Shown here: piece by piece, positions 58,173 to 64,000 of the stretch
Numbering within the stretch: the first letter of the stretch is position 1
Layout of the letters: each line of letters starts with the position of its first letter
Source of the DNA: an uncultured Planctomycetota bacterium
GTDB taxonomy: Bacteria > Planctomycetota > Planctomycetia > Isosphaerales > Isosphaeraceae
DNA: 64,000 nucleotides
Direction: 5' to 3'
NCBI GenBank assembly: GCA_963823665.1
Contig: CAWGMQ010000004.1
Span: forward strand, 2,400,001-2,464,000
Position numbers and translations under genes: made by a program
Notes under the pieces: model-generated
Told to the model about the DNA's origin: nothing
Database searches by the model: none
What the model saw: only the letters and a program-made list of their open reading frames with translations

Positions 58173-59824
58173 GAGGCTGTCATCTTTTGGCCGCGTTGCG
58201 GTAACTCGGCCGTTGGGCCTAGTCGGCTGTGATTCACCGCTTGGTCGCTCGGTTAGTGCCGCCGATTCACGCCAGTTCTCCAATAGCCCAGCCGTTGACG
58301 CAAACGCGCTTTCCTATTTTGTCCCTTTTTTGCAAAGTACCGCTCATTCCGCCAGTTTGCCCATCGCTGGGCGCAGTCTCCCTGCGACAACCAGGTTGTG
58401 AGCAATTGCAAACAACAATGCGACGGCGCGGCAACGCGGTTGGCCACGCACGGGCATAAACCAGAATCCTCGATTGCGAGCCTGGGCGTTGACCCACTCG
58501 GCTGTTTGGCCTCGCAGCCGGTAGATCAGCTTCGCGGCCTCGGTCCCCATTCGGATCCGCCAAGCGGCAACCGCTTCGCTGTCGCCCTTCTTTGCGGTGT
58601 AGGGATCTTCTCCATTTGCCTGTTTCTTTTTCTCGTCTCTGATCGGCCCGTATACGATGCAGCCGCGTTGGGCCGCCTGATCGATCGAGTCCTTGGTCGT
58701 GAAGCCACCGTCAACCAATGCCTCATCCGGAATTCGTTCGTAACGCTCCTCCAACTGGTCGAGCATGGGCGGAAGTTCTTCGCCATCGTTCCCTGCGTTG
58801 GTCACCTCCACACCCACAATCACACCGCTTTCGGTGTCTGTTGTGAATTGAACGTTATATCCCGGCCGGAATCCTCCGTCTGGAAACTTCATGATCCTCG
58901 CGTCGGGGTCGGTGGTCGAAGCACGCGCTTCCCGCCCCTTGCGGCCGTAGGACTCGTCACGTTCGCGTTGCAGCTCCTCGCACTGCCGCATCGCTTCTTC
59001 GATCCGTTGCTGTCGCTTGTTGGCGGCACGCTCCCGCGCCGCTCGCTGCCGTCGAGTCAGCTCTGCTGTGTCCTCCTCGGCCAGTTTCTTCAGCGCCTCA
59101 ACCTGCTCCTTCGCCGCTTTCAGGCACTCCTCCAGGCTACCGCGACGACGAAACGAGCTCTTGCCCGCGCTGGCACGCACTCTCATTCCGTCCTGAGCGA
59201 CCCGGTCCATTTTCACCAACCCGGCATGGAGCAGGGTGCCCACGATCTGCGTGAGCAGTTCGTTCAACTTCTCGCCCCCACAAGCGAGGAAGTGGGACAA
59301 CATGCTGTGGTTGACGGTTACGCCGCCGCACAGCCACTGGTACGGCAGACTCCCTTGGTTCTTTTCGCACAGCCGTTCGATTTCACGGGCGCTGCCGACT
59401 CCCTTCAATGTGGCGAAAACCCGCAATCCGACCAGCAAGCGCGGGTCGGTGGCATCTCGGCCGACATGTCGCTCGACGGCCTTGATCTCGCCGAGCCAGG
59501 CTTTCAGATCGAGCTTGCAGACCGCCGCCCAGACGACCCGGGCCGGATGGTCGGCCTCGAGCAATTCATCGAGCGATGCCCAGCGCATCTCGATCTGGTC
59601 GCGTACGGGACACCGCAGCCGCGGCTTGCCAGTTGGCATCGACTGGGCAGCCTGGGCGGGAGAGGGCTGATCGGGCAAGTCTTCTGGGCTAAAGAGAGGA
59701 AGTGTCATGACGCTCGTCCTGCAACACCGGGGCTGCGTGGGGCTCATGCGGCGGACTACATGCATGGTATTAGAACGTGAACACTATACAAAATCAACCC
59801 CAACGCCGAAAAAATCACAGCCTC
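58173..59824 (-). mobile_element. IS1182-family insertion sequence
   Basis: Imperfect terminal IRs GAGGCTGTCATCTTTT and (reverse complement) GAGGCTGTGATTTTTT; GGA direct repeat on both flanks; a single transposase. Confidence 0.85.
58344..59708 (-). CDS. IS1182-family DDE transposase
   Basis: HPARVV..LDL, DPRLL, SAREIERLC, YQWLCGG, QDGMRVRASA, TDPDARIMK, GYNVQ, LVDGGF, YRLRGQTAEWVNA. Confidence 0.92.
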   Translation of the reverse strand: MTLPLFSPEDLPDQPSPAQAAQSMPTGKPRLRCPVRDQIEMRWASLDELLEADHPARVVWAAVCKLDLKAWLGEIKAVERHVGRDATDPRLLVGLRVFATLKGVGSAREIERLCEKNQGSLPYQWLCGGVTVNHSMLSHFLACGGEKLNELLTQIVGTLLHAGLVKMDRVAQDGMRVRASAGKSSFRRRGSLEECLKAAKEQVEALKKLAEEDTAELTRRQRAARERAANKRQQRIEEAMRQCEELQRERDESYGRKGREARASTTDPDARIMKFPDGGFRPGYNVQFTTDTESGVIVGVEVTNAGNDGEELPPMLDQLEERYERIPDEALVDGGFTTKDSIDQAAQRGCIVYGPIRDEKKKQANGEDPYTAKKGDSEAVAAWRIRMGTEAAKLIYRLRGQTAEWVNAQARNRGFWFMPVRGQPRCRAVALLFAIAHNLVVAGRLRPAMGKLAE

Positions 59825-59864
59825 GGAGCGAACGGCGACACTGGCTTTTGCGTCAATCATTTCG

Positions 59865-60644
59865 TTAGCGCACACGCGGGCGCGGGGCTTCTTCTGATGC
59901 GTCGGTGGATCCAATTCTCTCGAATGCTGTGAAGAAGTTCTCTTTGAGCACGGGTGCCTTGGGCGATGCGATTCGTTTGAAACCTGCCGCCTCGATTTCC
60001 TTGATGAAGACGTTCCGGCCTGCTCGGACGTGTTTCAAGACGAACGCGGTGCTCTTTCCTTCCACCCGATCAAACTCGACCACAACGAGTCTGCCCCCGG
60101 GTTTGATCGCCTCCCGAAGCGATGCGAGAACGCTTTCGGGACGCTCGAGGTGATGATACACATCGCAAATAAAAGCCACATCCACTGCGCCCCTGGGGAG
60201 ATTGGTCGTTTGCTGAGATCCCCGCACCGTGACGACCTGCGGCCGCTTGTTCTTCTTGGCATCGGCAGCGATGTGTGCGAGGAACTCCGGCGCGATGTCG
60301 ACGGCATAGACCTTTCCGCTCGTCTGGACCTTTTCCGCCATGAGCCGGGTGAACAAGCCGGTGCCTGCGCCAATGTCGGCCACGACCATCCCCGGCTTCA
60401 GCTCAAGGGCTGCGACGATCTCGTGCCGTCGTGCGTATGGCTCTCGTTCCTCAGACTCGAACTTCTTGATGTAAGCCTTCACGTCGGGCTTCTTGAACGC
60501 GTCGTTGATCTTGGGATCGGTCTTGCTCTGCTGTGAAACCGATTGCCCTGTGGTTTGAGCCGACGAAATCGCCGCAGCGAGTGCAACCAGACTTGCCGCG
60601 GTCACAAGCGCCGTTCCGGTTCGACCAATCGCCCGAAGTTTCAT
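59865..60644 (-). CDS. Class I SAM-dependent methyltransferase with a signal-peptide-like N-terminus
   Basis: VADIGAGTG, YAVDI, DVYHH, IKPGGRL; start ATG 60644 with AGGAG. Confidence 0.9.
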   Translation of the reverse strand: MKLRAIGRTGTALVTAASLVALAAAISSAQTTGQSVSQQSKTDPKINDAFKKPDVKAYIKKFESEEREPYARRHEIVAALELKPGMVVADIGAGTGLFTRLMAEKVQTSGKVYAVDIAPEFLAHIAADAKKNKRPQVVTVRGSQQTTNLPRGAVDVAFICDVYHHLERPESVLASLREAIKPGGRLVVVEFDRVEGKSTAFVLKHVRAGRNVFIKEIEAAGFKRIASPKAPVLKENFFTAFERIGSTDASEEAPRPRVR

Positions 60645-60706
60645 TTGAAGAAAGCTCCTGAGAGCCACTGACGATGGATAAAGAGCAACTGAGAAAGGAC
60701 AAAGAT

Positions 60707-61951
60707 CTAGCGATTCCAGTAAATCTTGACGTTGTGAGTCGCCCGGCCGCCGGCAATGATGTCCATGCGACCATCGCCGTCGAGGTCAGCCGCCACGGCA
60801 TCTTCACAGGCCATACCGCCGTCGTCGAGTGTGTGGCGGTCGAAGGCGAGCGGAATCGTACCGGGTTTGGCGTCGAAAACGAACAGGCCCGGGCCTTTGG
60901 GACCTACTGATCCAGGTTTGTTCGGGTCGCGCTGGCCTATGATCAACTCGTCGTCGCCGTCGGCGTCCAGATCGGCGCACCAGACGGCGTGGCCCCATTG
61001 CAGCGGCTCGGCGATCACCTGGCGGCTCCAGAGAGACGATCTCGCCGTGTCTGACTTAGCAGCGGTGGTGGACAACTCACCTGGAGAGTAGACGACGACC
61101 TGAAAGCCATGCCAGGGCTCGATCGTCGCGACGAACGGCGACTTCGTGCGCAAGTGGCCGACCTTCACTTCGCTTGCTCCTTTGGACGGACTTGCTTCCT
61201 GGTTACCGGTGCCGATTCTCGTCTTGGTCCAGTGTCCTCTCGGATCGCGGTCGAGCGTGAAAACACCTTCCCATGCCGCGACAACGATCTCGTCGCGGCC
61301 GTCGTGGTCGATGTCAATGAGCTGAAGGTTGTGAATGGTGTGCAGGGTCGCGTCAGCGATCTCGACTGGCCAGGCGCGGTCACCGGGCTCTTTGGGAATG
61401 TCGTGCACCAGGATACGGACCCCCTGCCCTTGCCCCCAGTTTGGTCCCTTTGTCTGGCGACCCTGGAGCGGAGCGACCACGAGCTGCCTGCTGCTGGTTC
61501 CCTTCACGTCGCCGAAGCGCAGACGGTGCAACGTCGGCTCTTCGAATGCAATTGGGTGAAGCTGCCAGCGGCCTTCTTTGTCTCGGCCGAGCCACTGGAG
61601 GGTGCTCGGAGTTTTTGTATCCGTCGCGCGCCAGCCAGCACCGAGTGCGAAATCGATGTGGCCGTCGCCGTCGATATCATGAGGCTGAATGCAGACGTTG
61701 TCGCGGGCGGTCTTGCCGCGAACGATCTCGTGTTTTCCCCAGGCCGGGTTTTCGTACCAGATGACGGCGTCTTCGGTAACGACCACGACGTCGGGTTTTC
61801 CATCGCCATTCACATCGGCGGCCGTGACCGCGTAGCAGACCTCGCCGGCGTGCGGGTCGATCTCTTGCGGTTGAAAGTGCGGGAAGTCGGCCGCAACGGC
61901 CGAAAGCGAGCTCAAGAGAAAGAGAGCACTTGTGACGACGGTGAGACGCAT
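60707..61951 (-). CDS. Secreted FG-GAP/VCBS beta-propeller protein (aldos-2-ulose dehydratase propeller-like)
   Basis: Start ATG 61951 (GGGAG), signal peptide, DVNGDGKPD, DIDGDGHID, DLDGDGRMD, EPWHG, GHAVW. Confidence 0.85.
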   Translation of the reverse strand: MRLTVVTSALFLLSSLSAVAADFPHFQPQEIDPHAGEVCYAVTAADVNGDGKPDVVVVTEDAVIWYENPAWGKHEIVRGKTARDNVCIQPHDIDGDGHIDFALGAGWRATDTKTPSTLQWLGRDKEGRWQLHPIAFEEPTLHRLRFGDVKGTSSRQLVVAPLQGRQTKGPNWGQGQGVRILVHDIPKEPGDRAWPVEIADATLHTIHNLQLIDIDHDGRDEIVVAAWEGVFTLDRDPRGHWTKTRIGTGNQEASPSKGASEVKVGHLRTKSPFVATIEPWHGFQVVVYSPGELSTTAAKSDTARSSLWSRQVIAEPLQWGHAVWCADLDADGDDELIIGQRDPNKPGSVGPKGPGLFVFDAKPGTIPLAFDRHTLDDGGMACEDAVAADLDGDGRMDIIAGGRATHNVKIYWNR

Positions 61952-62003
61952 GATCGACTCCCTAAATGGCTTTGGAGCGGGTGTTAGCCGGCGCGACTCT
62001 CTG

Positions 62004-62031
62004 CGGACGGCACACGGAGTGTGCCTGCTAC
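62004..62031 (-). repeat. GTAG-type REP-like palindrome
   Basis: The minus strand reads GTAGCA-GGCACAC-TCC-GTGTGCC-GTCCG; intergenic. Confidence 0.7.
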
Positions 62032-62054
62032 ACCGGAGTCTCGGCGCCTCAGAG

Positions 62055-63647
62055 TCATAGCTCCGCAAGCGCTCCTGGTTTTTTGCTTCGGTCAAGGAAT
62101 GACGTTGCGGCGTGCATGATGGCTTCCTCGGTGGCTAGAGCGCGGGGGATTTCTGCGGCGAGCCGGCCTTCGCACAGGACGATGATCCGATCAGCGACTG
62201 CGAGCAGCTCGGGCAGCTCGCTCGAGGTCATGACGATGGCCCGGCCTTCGGATGCGAGGCGGCGGATTAACTGGTAGATTTCTGCCTTGGCCCCGACGTC
62301 GATGCCGCGAGTCGGCTCATCGAGCAACAGTACTTTGGGCTCGATCAGCAGCCATCGCGCGAGGATGCATTTCTGCTGGTTGCCTCCGGAGAGCGTGGTC
62401 ACCGGAACAGCGCCGCTCGCGGTCTTGATCGCCAGCTCTTTCACGGAGTGGGCCACGGCGCGTTTTTCAGCGCGCGGGTTGACGAGCGGGCCGGTTGTCA
62501 GCTCTGGAAGACGTCTGAGCGTGATGTTTTCAGCCACGGTCATTCCCTCGAAAAGGCCGAGGGTCTTGCGGTCCTCAGTGGTCATGGCGATTCCGGCCTT
62601 GATCGCCTGGTCGGGGTGTGTGAACCGCACCGGCTTGCCCTCGAGCCGAATGGTGCCCGATGGATGGAAAGGACTCGCGCCGAAGATTGCTTCGAGCAGC
62701 TCGGTTCGACCGGCGCCTAAAAGCCCGGCGACTCCGAGCACCTCGCCCGCGTGGACTGAAAAGCTGATGTCAGACAAATTCGGCCGGCCGCTTCCGGGTG
62801 GGCTCTTAAGCGACAGGTTCTCGACATCGAGGACAGCGTGTTTGCCGATCGGGTGCTGGACGTAGTCGAGGGCCGCGATGTCCCTGCCAACCATCCAGCG
62901 GACAACCTGTGCGGGCGAGGTGTCTGCGCGGGGGGCAGTGGCCACGAACTGGCCGTCGCGGAGCACGACAACATGGTCTGCCAGCTCGAAGATCTCGTTC
63001 ATCTTGTGGCTGATGTACAGTACGGTCGCTCCGGCTTTTCGCAGGTCGGCGATCACGCGGAAGAGACGTGCAACCTCCGAATCGGCCAGCGCCGATGTCG
63101 GCTCGTCCATGATGAAGATCTCGGCGTCGAACGCCAGTGCGCGGGCAATCTCGACCAATTGCTGGTCGCCGATTCGCAAGTCACCGAGCCTGGCTCGCGA
63201 AGAAACGGCTGTGCCCAGGCGGTCGAATAGCCGCGCGGTTTCGCGCTCCATCGCTCGATTGTCGAGCCACCCCAACCAACCGCCGCGTGTCTTTTCCCGG
63301 CCAAGGAAGATGTTGTCAGCGACAGAGAGGTGGGGAACCAGGTTGAGCTCCTGGTAGATGATCCGGATCGCGGCGTCCTCAGCCTGCCTGGGCCCGGAGA
63401 ACCGGACATGCCGGCCGTCAAGCACGATCTCGCCTTCGTAGTCAACGATCGCGCCGGCAAGGATCTTCATGAGCGTGCTCTTGCCTGCTCCGTTCTCCCC
63501 GCAGAGCGCGACCACTTCGCCTGCGCCGGCCCGAAAGGAGACATCTCGCAGCGCGCGAACGCCTCCGAAGCTTTTCGAGATGTGATGCATCTGGAGCCGG
63601 ATCGGCTTTGCGCTGCCTGCGTCAGGAAGATTCGAGTCGGGTCCCAT
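62055..63647 (-). CDS. Sugar ABC transporter ATP-binding protein (CUT2, RbsA/MglA-like)
   Basis: Two ABC domains: GENGAGKST, IYQELNL, MDEPT, LSGGNQQK, DEPTRGIDVGAK, SSELPEL. Confidence 0.95.
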   Translation of the reverse strand: MGPDSNLPDAGSAKPIRLQMHHISKSFGGVRALRDVSFRAGAGEVVALCGENGAGKSTLMKILAGAIVDYEGEIVLDGRHVRFSGPRQAEDAAIRIIYQELNLVPHLSVADNIFLGREKTRGGWLGWLDNRAMERETARLFDRLGTAVSSRARLGDLRIGDQQLVEIARALAFDAEIFIMDEPTSALADSEVARLFRVIADLRKAGATVLYISHKMNEIFELADHVVVLRDGQFVATAPRADTSPAQVVRWMVGRDIAALDYVQHPIGKHAVLDVENLSLKSPPGSGRPNLSDISFSVHAGEVLGVAGLLGAGRTELLEAIFGASPFHPSGTIRLEGKPVRFTHPDQAIKAGIAMTTEDRKTLGLFEGMTVAENITLRRLPELTTGPLVNPRAEKRAVAHSVKELAIKTASGAVPVTTLSGGNQQKCILARWLLIEPKVLLLDEPTRGIDVGAKAEIYQLIRRLASEGRAIVMTSSELPELLAVADRIIVLCEGRLAAEIPRALATEEAIMHAATSFLDRSKKPGALAEL

Positions 63648-63654
63648 GGGCCAG

Positions 63655-64000
63655 TCAATCCGAGAGCGCGATCGCGTAATGAATTTGCCGGGCAACCTCG
63701 ACAAAACCTACCGAAGGATAGAGGTGGCGGCCGACCGCGTTCTGCTCGAGGGTCTCGATCTTGGCGATTGTCATGCCGGCCGAGCGGAAGTGGGCAAGCG
63801 CGTGCTCGATCAGCCGCCGGCCCAATCCCTGGCCACGTGCCTGCTGGGCAACGGCCAGGTTGTGAATCCAGCCGATGCGCGTGTCGAGGTCGCTTTGCAT
63901 CGTGACGTAGCCCACCAGTTCACCTTTTTCATCGTCCCGGGCAACGGCAACCTCGGCACCGAGCTCATCAATGTCGCGGTCGATGTCTCGTGACTTCCTA
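63655..64000 (-). CDS. GNAT acetyltransferase, 5'-truncated by the window edge
   Basis: The frame is open to the edge; IHNLAV..ARGQGLGRRL, N..GRHLYPSVGF. Confidence 0.85.
   Translation of the reverse strand, partial: RKSRDIDRDIDELGAEVAVARDDEKGELVGYVTMQSDLDTRIGWIHNLAVAQQARGQGLGRRLIEHALAHFRSAGMTIAKIETLEQNAVGRHLYPSVGFVEVARQIHYAIALSD

Noticed and set aside
58398..59780. 460-aa plus-strand ORF
   Set aside because: It is antisense to the transposase and has no recognisable motifs; a typical high-GC shadow ORF.

Overview
This is a GC-rich bacterial window, very probably Planctomycetota (Isosphaeraceae-like). That call is inferred from four LExRxLL 'planctomycete extracellular' leaders, GTAG-type REPs and the gene content. 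About 45% of the window is one giant minus-strand gene (14397-43517, about 9,700 aa once frameshifts are joined). It encodes an adhesin-like protein with a 435-bp tandem-repeat solenoid, CARDB/Ig/He_PIG arrays, a dockerin-like pair, an RHS/YD shell and an unusual C-terminus (hydrophobic helices plus a zincin), with no immunity gene next to it. The left 14 kb is an extracellular-protein locus: a matrixin, a secreted Lys/Gln decapeptide-repeat protein divergently paired with a GP42/TGase-elicitor-like enzyme (the best candidate for a new system, a protein cross-linking pair), Wzc-like and ExeA-like ATPases, a WXXGXW protein, a C25 peptidase and an Ig-repeat protein. The right 20 kb holds Lhr plus a metallophosphoesterase, TPR and multiheme cytochrome c genes, a prepilin-like protein, a charge-complementary 16-aa-repeat protein, a HEAT protein, an APC permease, an IS1182-family element inserted into a REP-like hairpin, a methyltransferase, an FG-GAP propeller, a sugar ABC ATPase and a GNAT. 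Many single-base indels, some compensating, point to consensus errors rather than real pseudogenes. No rRNA, tRNA or CRISPR was seen. All family calls come from motif recognition by eye, not database searches.
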